This document shows positions 44,566-54,500 of a DNA stretch of 64,000 bases, piece by piece. Every line of letters begins with the position of its first letter. Positions within the stretch are counted from its first letter, which is position 1. The DNA comes from a virus. The stretch covers positions 131,736 through 195,735 of IMG/VR virus record IMGVR_UViG_3300034358_000044. One strand, given 5' to 3'. The position numbers and the translations under genes were made by a program. The notes beneath the pieces were generated by a model. The model made no database searches and had not been told where the DNA came from. It saw only the letters and a program-made list of their open reading frames with translations.

Positions 44566-47500
44566 ATGGCGTCTCACGTCTACCGGTATGTGCTGACGGG
44601 GTTCTCTTCTTCCCAACTCTCCAGCCAAGTACCGGGATCCCCGACGCTCGGTAGCACCGCTCCTGCGCAGTACCTGGATGTCACTGTTGACTCCGCCTAC
44701 CTGACGGATCTCAGCGACTTCATGGGATTGCAGGGGTACTCGTACTTCAGTACGGACCCCTCTCTCACTGTTGCTCAACAAGCTTCGAATGCGACCCCTC
44801 TCACTGGGGCCTCTCGTACTGTCCGTGTAGCCACCACGGTCAACATCACCTCTCTCGTTGGGGCCATCGCGATTGATGGGGTGATTACGGCAAATGGTGA
44901 CCGAGTCCTGGTGAAGAATCAGAACTCTCCCTCTCTGAACGGCATCTACGTAGCCGGCGGAGGAGTATGGGCTCTGGCGTCCGACTGGGTGACTGGTGCC
45001 GTAGTACCAGAGCTCCAGGTGTACGTCTCCGAAGGCTCCACCATGGCCCATTCGGTCTGGGGCCTTCAGACTTCTGGAACCATCACCGTTGGAACTACAG
45101 GCCTCACGTTCGTCAACGTGACCGCTCCCACGGACGTCACCGCAGCCCATCTCGCTGGAACTGAGACCTTCACCGGCTCCAAGACGTTCAACACCGCCAT
45201 CAAGAGCGGTGTCACTGGGGCCGTAGCTGGAACAACATTCCCATCTACTGCCTCGAACGCCATCGAGCTCCTCACGAACCAGCGTCTCGCTCTTGGGACC
45301 AACTGGTACATCCAGGAGTCTGGAGATCTCTTCGACATCTACCGAGGTGGAACTCTTCATTTCCGCTTCAACCCCGGAGTCGATACCTACCTTGCTGGAC
45401 CGGTTTTCAAGGCGGCTGGGACCATTCGCTGGTCCAACACCACCACGGGCGGTCTCTCGGATGTCACTGGGCAGTCGCTCTTGGCGGCGCCTACCTCCAA
45501 GGCGATGTCCGTCGTCGGCCCTCTTGGTGCTGGTGCTACGGATGTTGTCACCAAGTCCGGTTCCAGTGTTGCTGACGGCTCCGTCAATGGCGGAGCCAAG
45601 CTTCACAGCTTTCGAACCGGTATTGGTGGAACTGAGGTCGAGAAGGCCTATGTCACTGCGGCAGGTGACTTTACCACCACAGGGACTCTCACTGGAGCCA
45701 AGCTTGCTCCTTCGATGTCGCCCTTCATCGGTGTGACTCGTGAAGTCCGTCTTGTTTGCGTCAACAACATCAGCATTGCAAGTGTTGGTGGGACCGTTGA
45801 TGAAACGGATCTTGCTGTTGGCGATAGAGTTCTTCTCGTCAATCAGACTACGACTTCCGAAAACGGAATCTACGTCACCAGCTCCATCTCCCCCAGCATC
45901 ACGCTCGTCAGAGCAGGGGATTGGGCCACTGGTGCCGTCGTTCCTGAGATGAGGATCTACGCCTCAGAGGGATTCTCGCTCTCTCACTCCACTTGGAGCC
46001 TCAACACCCAGGGCGCTATCACGGTGGGGACGACCGGACTCTCCTTCGTCAACGTCACCCCTGGAGGCAGTGGTGCTCTTGGTGGCGATCTTCAGGGGAC
46101 TCTTCCGAATCCGACTCTTGCTCCCTCTGTCTACTCCCCCATTCCGTACCACCAAGTACGAGTCGCTTCTACAGCGAACATCATCATCGCCACTTGGGGC
46201 GGAGCGCAAGTCGACAGCATATCGATTGTTTCTGGCGATCGAATCCTGCTGAAGAACCAGACGACTGCGACTGAGAATGGAATCTACTCCGCATCAGGAG
46301 GGGTTCTCGTTCGCGTTGCAGACTTCGTCACCGGAGCGATAGCACAAGAGTCCGTCATTCTTGTGGCAGAGGGAGTCACTCAGGCGGACTCGGCATGGAG
46401 ACTGACCAACTCCGGTTCCATCGTCATTGGAACGACGGCTCTCACGTTCGAGAACGTGACTCCGTCCGTCACTCGAATCGTCAAGTACGTAGGCACCTCC
46501 AACATCCCTACGCTCAGTGGTTCCGTCTCAGTAGATGGAGTTACCACAGCGGCAGGAGATCGAGTTCTTCTCACTGGTCAAGCGACAAGTCCGCAAAACG
46601 GAATATGGGTTGCTCAGGCTGGGGCATGGACTCGTCCGAATGACTGGATAGCTGGGAGAGTGCTCAACGGAACTGCAATCTGGGTCACTTCTGGAAACAC
46701 CCAGTACAACACGAACTGGCGCGTCAATACCGCTGACCCCATTACGGTAGGGACGACCAGTGTTTCAATCTTCAACGCTCTTCCGTACATGTTCGGCTCT
46801 TCGTCAGACCTGAACGCCAGTACGCTGCTTGCGCCAATCATTGCTTCCACAGTTCGTCCTCGCCTGGGCAACCTGCACGTTGTTCGGGTCATGAGTTCCA
46901 GCAACCTCGCGACCCCGACTACACGAAACCTGTCGGTGGCTGTCGACGGGGTCACGCTGGCAGAAGGTGACCGGATACTTCTTCAAGCGCAAACCACGCC
47001 ATCGGAGAATGGCATCTGGGTGGCCAGGGCCAGCGGAGGATGGACTCGTCCATATGACTTCCCTGCGGCTTCTACTGGGGCGGTGCTGGCAGAATGTGAA
47101 GTGGCTGTCTCCGAGGGTACCGTTTGGGCCCACACCTACTGGAACCTCACGACTCCAGGTTCCATCGTGGTGGACACCACCTCGATCACCTTCACTCAGA
47201 AGACATCGAGCATCTCTCCTACGACGATGCCCCTCTTGGGCACGTCGCGCATCGTCTCTGTCGCTTCCACCGTCAACGTCGCTTCGTTGTCCGGCACTCT
47301 GACGATTGACGGTGTGCAGCCCCTGGATGGGGCCAGGGTTCTCATCAAGAATCAGACGACCCAGAGTCAAAACGGCATCTACATCGCGAACAACGCTGGG
47401 GCATGGACACGGGCCACGGACTGGGTGACGGGGTCTGTTCTCGTCGAGATGAAGGTCTACGTCTCTGCTGGCTCCACTCAGGCTCATACGGAATGGTACG

Positions 47501-49371
47501 TCAGCAGCTTCGCTGGAGGGATTGTTGGAACCAACGCCTGCACCTTCACGCAGATTCTTTACGTCTACCCAGGTACGAGCTTCGTTGGAGACGTTACAGG
47601 AAATGCGAATGGAACACTTGTTCCGATTCTGACCCGGTCCCAGTCGGGCAACTACATTCCAGTTCGAGCGGTAGCGACTACCAACATCACAGTTGCTGGC
47701 CCACAAACGATTGACGGTGTTGCTCTTGGTGATGGAGACCGTGTTCTTCTGACGAATCAGTCCGACAGTACGACCAACGGCATCTACACGTTCACCGCCT
47801 CGGCTAAAACACGAATGTTTACCGGGTATACCTTGTACTCGGGAACCAGAGTTTTCGTACAGGAGGGTACGGCCAAGGCACAGACTGAGTGGATGGTCAC
47901 CGACACGCCAGGCCTGAATGGGTTCATCAATGCTTCAGGCATTACGCAGACGTGGACCCAAATCACCAAGACGGTCAATCTTCCAGGAACTCTCGGTGCT
48001 GCAGCAGGCTCCGCCGGTACGGCAATTCAGCTCTCTCCGAGAGACCACGTCCATCCCATCACCTATGGCACCACGGCCAACACCGTGGCCCAGGGAAACG
48101 ACTCCAGGTTCTTCAGTGCTGCAGGTGGAGACCTGGCGGGTACCTACCCCAACCCGACTCTCGCTACCTCCGTCCGTACCAACGCCGGACAGTTCAAGTT
48201 CTGCCGAATCACCTCGACCGTCAACATCGCGACGCTGAGCGGACTGACCGCCATCGATGGTGTGACGCCGGTCGCTGGTGATCGAATCCTCCTCAAGAAC
48301 CAGACGACCGCCAGTCAGAACGGCATCTACGTTGCTGCGGCCGGTGCCTGGGCCTACGCCTCTGACTGGGGCACTGGCGCCGTCTTCGGGGAATGCTTGG
48401 TGGCGGTGTCGGAAGGCACGAGCTTCAAGCACACCATCTGGCAGCTGACGACGCAGGGCACCATCACTGTCGGCACAACTGCGCTCACGTTCGCGCCGCT
48501 GGCCTCCATTGCCAACATCAATGGAGCTGGAGCTTCAGACGTCTGTGCCAAGGCCGGCACGACACTGACCGATGGTACCGTCAGTGGGACTGCCCACGTA
48601 TTCTCCATTCGAACTGGCATCAACAACACCGAGGTGGAGAAGGCCTGGTTCGACGGAACCGGAATGCTACGGTTCGGTTCTGGCTCCACTCTCTCGCTTG
48701 GGACTGGAGCCAATGCGTCTGCAGCGAATGGCTCGGCTATTGGTACCAGCGCTTCTGCGAGTACAAACGCCACAGCTGTAGGAAATACCGCCAATGGTGG
48801 GAACTACGGCACGGCAGTAGGGTATAACGCAGCAGCCACAAGCTATGGGGTTGCTGTTGGTGCGAATGCCAACGCTGGAAGCTTTCAGGGCGCTGTTGCT
48901 CTTGGGTACTTCTCAGCGGCTCAGCGCGTTCGAGAGTTCGTCAAGGGCGTCGATATGGCGACCACGACGCTACGAAGCTGGTCCGTCTTGGACTGGTACG
49001 GATCGACCTCCAACGCGACGCCTACTGAAATCTACCTTGATGGCAGCTCTGGCAGAGCCATCCTGCTGAATAACTCGGCCTTCCAGTTCAAGCTGATGGT
49101 CGTCGCCAAGCTCAGCGGCGTCAACAACGTCAAGGGCTGGGAAATCAGTGGCCTCATCACCCGTGGAGCTGCTGCTGCTAATACCTACATCTCTTCAACT
49201 TCCACCGAGGTCTTCCAGATCGAAATGGACGGAGCCAACCCCATTGGCTCTTGGGACTGCGTCGCAAGTGCGGACACCACCAACGGGACGTTGAAGATAA
49301 CCGTCACTGGGTATGGAGCTCAGACCGTCAGCTGGAACGTGCGTGGAGACATCAGCGAGGTGAGGTTCTAA
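44566..49371 (+). CDS. Long tail fibre protein 2 (1601 aa)
   Basis: MASHVYR anchor; eight ~100-aa GDRVLxxNQ..NGIY/W modules; YadA-like AxAxG repeats near the C-terminus. Confidence 0.85.
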   Translation: MASHVYRYVLTGFSSSQLSSQVPGSPTLGSTAPAQYLDVTVDSAYLTDLSDFMGLQGYSYFSTDPSLTVAQQASNATPLTGASRTVRVATTVNITSLVGAIAIDGVITANGDRVLVKNQNSPSLNGIYVAGGGVWALASDWVTGAVVPELQVYVSEGSTMAHSVWGLQTSGTITVGTTGLTFVNVTAPTDVTAAHLAGTETFTGSKTFNTAIKSGVTGAVAGTTFPSTASNAIELLTNQRLALGTNWYIQESGDLFDIYRGGTLHFRFNPGVDTYLAGPVFKAAGTIRWSNTTTGGLSDVTGQSLLAAPTSKAMSVVGPLGAGATDVVTKSGSSVADGSVNGGAKLHSFRTGIGGTEVEKAYVTAAGDFTTTGTLTGAKLAPSMSPFIGVTREVRLVCVNNISIASVGGTVDETDLAVGDRVLLVNQTTTSENGIYVTSSISPSITLVRAGDWATGAVVPEMRIYASEGFSLSHSTWSLNTQGAITVGTTGLSFVNVTPGGSGALGGDLQGTLPNPTLAPSVYSPIPYHQVRVASTANIIIATWGGAQVDSISIVSGDRILLKNQTTATENGIYSASGGVLVRVADFVTGAIAQESVILVAEGVTQADSAWRLTNSGSIVIGTTALTFENVTPSVTRIVKYVGTSNIPTLSGSVSVDGVTTAAGDRVLLTGQATSPQNGIWVAQAGAWTRPNDWIAGRVLNGTAIWVTSGNTQYNTNWRVNTADPITVGTTSVSIFNALPYMFGSSSDLNASTLLAPIIASTVRPRLGNLHVVRVMSSSNLATPTTRNLSVAVDGVTLAEGDRILLQAQTTPSENGIWVARASGGWTRPYDFPAASTGAVLAECEVAVSEGTVWAHTYWNLTTPGSIVVDTTSITFTQKTSSISPTTMPLLGTSRIVSVASTVNVASLSGTLTIDGVQPLDGARVLIKNQTTQSQNGIYIANNAGAWTRATDWVTGSVLVEMKVYVSAGSTQAHTEWYVSSFAGGIVGTNACTFTQILYVYPGTSFVGDVTGNANGTLVPILTRSQSGNYIPVRAVATTNITVAGPQTIDGVALGDGDRVLLTNQSDSTTNGIYTFTASAKTRMFTGYTLYSGTRVFVQEGTAKAQTEWMVTDTPGLNGFINASGITQTWTQITKTVNLPGTLGAAAGSAGTAIQLSPRDHVHPITYGTTANTVAQGNDSRFFSAAGGDLAGTYPNPTLATSVRTNAGQFKFCRITSTVNIATLSGLTAIDGVTPVAGDRILLKNQTTASQNGIYVAAAGAWAYASDWGTGAVFGECLVAVSEGTSFKHTIWQLTTQGTITVGTTALTFAPLASIANINGAGASDVCAKAGTTLTDGTVSGTAHVFSIRTGINNTEVEKAWFDGTGMLRFGSGSTLSLGTGANASAANGSAIGTSASASTNATAVGNTANGGNYGTAVGYNAAATSYGVAVGANANAGSFQGAVALGYFSAAQRVREFVKGVDMATTTLRSWSVLDWYGSTSNATPTEIYLDGSSGRAILLNNSAFQFKLMVVAKLSGVNNVKGWEISGLITRGAAAANTYISSTSTEVFQIEMDGANPIGSWDCVASADTTNGTLKITVTGYGAQTVSWNVRGDISEVRF

Positions 49372-49821
49372 ATGGCCGACAAGTACAGAGTCGACAAGGA
49401 CGGCATCATCGCCGTTCCCGCCTGGAGGACCTTCACGGCGAACGGCTACTACGTCACGTACCTCGAAACTGACTACAACAGCCCATATGACGGGTCTACG
49501 ATTCCCTACTGCACCGATTACCCTGGCGGGGCTTTCCTAAGTCCTGCCGTTTACAAGGACCCGGAAGGAAGAGTCCATCTTCGAGGATTGATAGGGCCCT
49601 ACGACCCCGTCTACATACAGCACACCATTGGCACGTACCTCTTTCTTCTGCCAAGTGACTGTAGACCGAACAGGCAAATCATTGTCCCAGTTCGGGGAAA
49701 TACCGGTTCTTGCCGAATGGACATCACGGCTACTGGGTACGGGTTCATTCAAGAAGCCCCTGCCTATGGCTGGCAAAGCTTCGTTTGTCTCGATGGCATC
49801 AGCTTCGACACCAGGGCGTAG
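49372..49821 (+). CDS. Putative fibre tip/receptor-binding protein A
   Basis: GRVHLRGLI..LFLLPSDCRP..VCLDGISF; paralog of the next gene. Confidence 0.6.
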   Translation: MADKYRVDKDGIIAVPAWRTFTANGYYVTYLETDYNSPYDGSTIPYCTDYPGGAFLSPAVYKDPEGRVHLRGLIGPYDPVYIQHTIGTYLFLLPSDCRPNRQIIVPVRGNTGSCRMDITATGYGFIQEAPAYGWQSFVCLDGISFDTRA

Positions 49822-49824
49822 ACG

Positions 49825-50217
49825 ATGGCTGACAAGTTCCGCATCGACAAAGATGGACAAGTGGTCCCCAATCCGTGGACCAACTTCACTGGCAACAGCA
49901 TCTATGCTGCTGGTTGGTCGGACTATTCAGTGGTGGCCTTTCTCCCCCCAGCAGTATGTCAAAGCAAGTTCGGAAAAGTGTACCTCCGTGGTTTGATGAA
50001 TGGCACCACCACTGCATTGAGCGCTACCATCTTCACACTGCCGGTAGGTCTTCGCCCAGCTCTTGGAACAAGATTTGACGTGAGAACCGCTGGAGGTTCC
50101 TCTCGGTTGGATATTGGGGCAGATGGCCAAGGCAAGATAGTAGAAGTCACTGGCGGATACGCTCTCTGGTACGGCTTTGTCTGCCTCGATGGTGTTTCGT
50201 TCGACATTCGAGCTTGA
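49825..50217 (+). CDS. Putative fibre tip/receptor-binding protein B
   Basis: GKVYLRGLM..IFTLPVGLRP..VCLDGVSF; shares MADKxRxDKDG start with the upstream paralog. Confidence 0.6.
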   Translation: MADKFRIDKDGQVVPNPWTNFTGNSIYAAGWSDYSVVAFLPPAVCQSKFGKVYLRGLMNGTTTALSATIFTLPVGLRPALGTRFDVRTAGGSSRLDIGADGQGKIVEVTGGYALWYGFVCLDGVSFDIRA

Positions 50218-50226
50218 GGGAGCCAC

Positions 50227-50853
50227 ATGCCGACCCAATTTGTTGAAACAACAGTTGCTGCAGCCACCTCAGGCCATGAGGCCCTGACCCATCTGGTTGA
50301 GGTACTCGTCGCACTCCTCCCACCGGGATGCTTCATAGTCGGCGAGTGCCTGGCCGATGCCCTCTTGGGAAAGGAAGTCACCGACATCTCCATCTGGAGC
50401 TCTGATGCTGAAGCGTACGCTGCACTGAAGCTGGCTCTTGAGTCCTCCAGCAGCAGCGGAGCTCTCATGAGCTACAGCTTTGTTGAGAAGACTTCTCAAG
50501 CCGGCGCGATCTCTTTCACCGTGGATGCAACGGCTCTTGGGCCTACGCCTGTTCCTCCGCTTTTCATTCGACTGCGTGCAGTCGGGAAGACGGAAGAAGA
50601 AGTCCTCAACATGATGGACTTCACGGTGTGCCAGGTGTTGCTCTCCGGCGGTGGGCGCCTAGTGGTTGGTCCCACAACACTGGATGACCTCCGAGCGGGG
50701 CGTCTGGTGCTGGTGCAGTCCAAGGGAATGCTCTTGAATCGAACGAGAGTCTTCATCAATGACGGGTTTCTTCCAACCGAGCAGTGCTGGTTGGATCTCA
50801 TCGCCGCTGACGCAGCGCACACGGCGCAGTATCAAGAGATGCAGGCTCAGTAA
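50227..50853 (+). CDS. Degenerate poly(A) polymerase/CCA-type nucleotidyltransferase head-domain protein
   Basis: FIVGECLADALLGKEVTDISI and MDFTVCQ resemble GG.VRD.LLG...DID and DFT; catalytic residues altered. Confidence 0.5.
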   Translation: MPTQFVETTVAAATSGHEALTHLVEVLVALLPPGCFIVGECLADALLGKEVTDISIWSSDAEAYAALKLALESSSSSGALMSYSFVEKTSQAGAISFTVDATALGPTPVPPLFIRLRAVGKTEEEVLNMMDFTVCQVLLSGGGRLVVGPTTLDDLRAGRLVLVQSKGMLLNRTRVFINDGFLPTEQCWLDLIAADAAHTAQYQEMQAQ

Positions 50854-50882
50854 GAGATGCAGGCTCAGTAGAGGAGAACACC

Positions 50883-51113
50883 ATGGGAATTGGAACTGAC
50901 GGAGCGAAGAGCCTCATCCTCAGCCTCAAGGCGGGCACCACCACGAAGCAGGAGCTTCGAGCTGAAATCGGAGATGCTCTCAACGTGCTTCACACCAAGG
51001 CTGCTGCCATGGACACGCAGATGGCAGGAGCTGCTGCAGACTTTGCGGCAGCCCTCCCCACGGAGTTCCAGCAGCACGTCGATCAGCTCCCCGACGTGGG
51101 CGATACACCGTAG
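50883..51113 (+). CDS. Small helical hypothetical protein
   Basis: 76 aa; GAGGAG SD. Confidence 0.6.
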   Translation: MGIGTDGAKSLILSLKAGTTTKQELRAEIGDALNVLHTKAAAMDTQMAGAAADFAAALPTEFQQHVDQLPDVGDTP

Positions 51114-51228
51114 CCAAGGGCTGATTTCTCTTCTACCCTGAAGCCTTTGTACAAGGTACTGTACCCCAGCGAAGAATCTGCGACCGAGGGTGTAACTCTA
51201 CCCTCTCACGACCTGGCAATGGGGTACC

Positions 51229-51549
51229 ATGGTGAGCTCTCAGCCGGATGAAGTCCCTGCTCTACGCGCATTGGTAGAGGAGATGCGGCAGAAGTTCCAG
51301 AAGGAGCTTCTCGAACTTCGAGAACAGCTCTCCGTTCTTCAAGCCAAGCTCTCTGAGGTGGAAGCCCAGGTGGCCCACTTCGAGCCGATGGTTGAAGCAA
51401 GAGCTGCCCGCACGGACAGAATTGTTCTTGAGCTCCAAGTGGAGTTCAGGCGATGGCAGAAAGAGATGAGTGCTCACGAGAGTGTTGAGGTGAGCCACCA
51501 CTCTTCTGTCCAGACGAAGCTCGACAAGATCCTTGAGGCACTTTCGTAA
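51229..51549 (+). CDS. Coiled-coil hypothetical protein
   Basis: 106 aa with heptad pattern; structured leader. Confidence 0.55.
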   Translation: MVSSQPDEVPALRALVEEMRQKFQKELLELREQLSVLQAKLSEVEAQVAHFEPMVEARAARTDRIVLELQVEFRRWQKEMSAHESVEVSHHSSVQTKLDKILEALS

Positions 51550-51573
51550 TCCAGCGTACAACTGTGGGCGGCG

Positions 51574-54500
51574 ATGGCACTGCATGTCTACCGGTACAAG
51601 TTGGCTGGTCCCTCACTGGCCCAGCTCTCCTCCCAGGTACCTGGTAGCCCCTCTGTCAGCAGTCTTGCCCCTGCCCAGTATATCGACGTCACCGTCGACA
51701 ACCTCTACTGGGAGGATCTCACCCACTACATGGCGTTGCAGGGGTTCTCTTACGACTCCATGGACCCTGCAGTCACCACTGCGACGCAGGCCAATGGGTC
51801 CGCTGGTGCCGCCAGCCCATGGACAGGGGTAAGCCGGACGGTAAGGGCGGCTTCTACTGCCGACATCACCCTCTCAGGCCTCCAGGTGGTCGATGGCGTG
51901 GTGCTCTTCGCCGGGGACCGGGTTCTGGCCAAGAACCAGGGGACCGCCCTCCAGAATGGCATCTGGGTCGTCTCAGCGGGTGCCTGGTACCAGCCCAACG
52001 ACTGGGCCACGGGCATCGTGGTCCCCGAGATGGGCATCAGGGTCTCCGAGGGCACCGTCAACGCCCACTCCTGGTGGACCCTCACGACGCAGGGCGCCAT
52101 CGTGGTGGGCACCACGGCTACCACCTGGGCCAAGGTCTCTGCGACTGCAACTACACCGAGCACAGTTGCAGTCGCCACAGCTGCAGTCGGGACTGCCACT
52201 GACTTCGCCAGGGCCGACCATGTTCATGCCGTCACTTACGGCTCTGCGGCCAACACCGTCACCCAGGGCAACGATGCGCGACTCACCAACTCGCGAGCTC
52301 CCACTGGTACTGCTAGTGGAGACCTGGCTGGGACCTACCCAAGTCCTACTCTTGCGACCGCCGTCCGACTCTCTGCTGGTGGATTCCGCTTCGCCCGTCT
52401 TGCCTCTACGGTTGATGTCCCCTCCATCTCGGGTCTTCTCACCATCGATGGAGTCGTCACTGTCGCTGGCAACAGGGTGTTGCTGAAGAACCAAACGACT
52501 GGAAGTCAGAACGGCATCTGGACTGTTGCTGCTGGAGCGTGGACTCGCCCCGCTGACTGGGCCACTGGGCTCGTCAATGGCGAGATGGAGATTGGGGTCT
52601 CTGAGGGAGTCTCTCAGGCGCACACGGACTGGTCGGTGCAGACGCAGGGCACCATCACCGTTGGTACGACCTCTGTGGCCATCACGCAGGTCGCTGCCAC
52701 CGCCACAGGCACTGCAGGGGGAGTTCTCAGTGGCACCTACCCTAATCCTGGCTTTGCTACCGCATATTCGGCTGCCACCTTTCTTCCAGCTCAGCTTGGA
52801 TCTGCAGCAGGAGTCATTGGAAGCAGCACTCGTTACTCACCTGCTGACCACGCCCACCCAGTCCTTTTCGGCAACGTGGCGGACTCCGTTGCCCAAGGTA
52901 ACGACGCTCGCTTCTCTGACTCGCGTTCTCCATCAGGCTCGGCTGGAGGAGTTCTTGGAGGAAACTACCCGAATCCGACGTTCGACTCGGCCTATGGCCC
53001 ATCAGCTCTCACTCCCGTTGCACTGGGAGTAGCCACTGGTGTCGTTGGTACGAGCACCGCCTACTCACGGGAGGATCACGTACATGCCCTCACGTATGGG
53101 ACCGGAGCAGGAACCGTCACTGAAGGAAACGACTCTCGTCTCTCCGACTCACGAGCGCCTACTGGCGCTGCTGGCGGCATTCTCTCTGGCACCTACCCGA
53201 ACCCCGCCTTCGCCACGGGCTTTGGTGTCGCCACTGCGACTCCGTCTGCTGTGGCAAGTGCCACAGGCTCTGCAGGTACGAGCACTCGGTACGCCGCTGG
53301 AGATCACGTCCACGGTGTCTCGTATGGAACTGCAGCAGGCACAGTCGCCCAAGGGAACGACTCACGTCTCAGTGACTCTCGTACCCCTACAGGTAGTGCG
53401 GGCGGAGTGCTGAGCGGCACATACCCCAGTCCCTCATTCGCTACAGGTTACGGCCCCTCATCACTGACTCCAGTTGCTCTTGGCATTGCGACTGGTGCGG
53501 TTGGTGTAGGCACGAATTACGCTCGCGAAGATCACGTTCACGCTCTTACGTTTGGGAGTGCAGCCAACACCGTCACTCAAGGGAACGACTCTCGACTCTC
53601 TGATTCTCGTACTCCAACTGGTGCTGCAGGTGGAGTCCTCGGTGGCACGTACCCAAGCCCTTCGTTCAACGCTGCATACGCCGCATCTTCCGTACTACCA
53701 GCAGTCCTCGGGAGTGCGGGCGGCAACATAGGAACAAGCACCAACTACGCAAGAGCCGACCACCTTCACGCCCTCACCTATGGAACAGCGGCCAACACAG
53801 CAGCACAGGGAAACGACAGCCGACTCTCTGACGCTCGTGTGCCTACTGGTGCTGCTGGTGGCGTGTTGGGTGGCACATATCCAAGCCCCTCATTCGGTGC
53901 TGCCTATGGGCCTGCTGCTACCACTCCGGTCGCCATTGCTAGTCCGACAGGTGCTGTTGGAACTGCTACGACTTATGCTCGGGGAGACCACGCCCACGCA
54001 GTGACCTACGGCTCTGCCGCCAACACGGTGACTGAGGGAGACGACCCTCGGCTCTCTGACGCGCGCATTCCCACTGGGCCTGCAGGTGGTGCCCTCTCAG
54101 GGACGTACCCCAACCCGGTCATCACCATTCCAGGTGCTCCGAACCAGGTGCTCTACTCGACTGGTGGTGGAGTCAGTCCTGCGGTCAACCTCAACATCGA
54201 TGTAGAAGGCTACCCCATCATTGGGGAAGAGACGTCTGCGACCCCAGCTGTTCCTGCCAGTGGCCTCACGCTCTTCGCCAGGAGTCGTGCAGGCAGTCGA
54301 ATCCTGAGCACCATCAGCCCCAATGGGCTGGTGGACGAGCTGCAGACCGCACTCTGGACAAAGAATGTCCGTCTCTGGAACGCTCTTGGTGGAAGCGCTA
54401 CGACGGTCTTCACTCTCAACTTCGGCAACACCATCAGTGGTACCGTGACTGCTGAGGCCATCACCTTTGGTGGTGGACTCGCAAACACCCTCAATAGGGT

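Noticed and set aside
52705-54115. CRISPR array or non-coding satellite
   Set aside because: The repeats are in-frame, synonymous-diverged coding units with no identical repeat/unique spacer pattern. The dispersed promoter repeats are not regularly spaced either.
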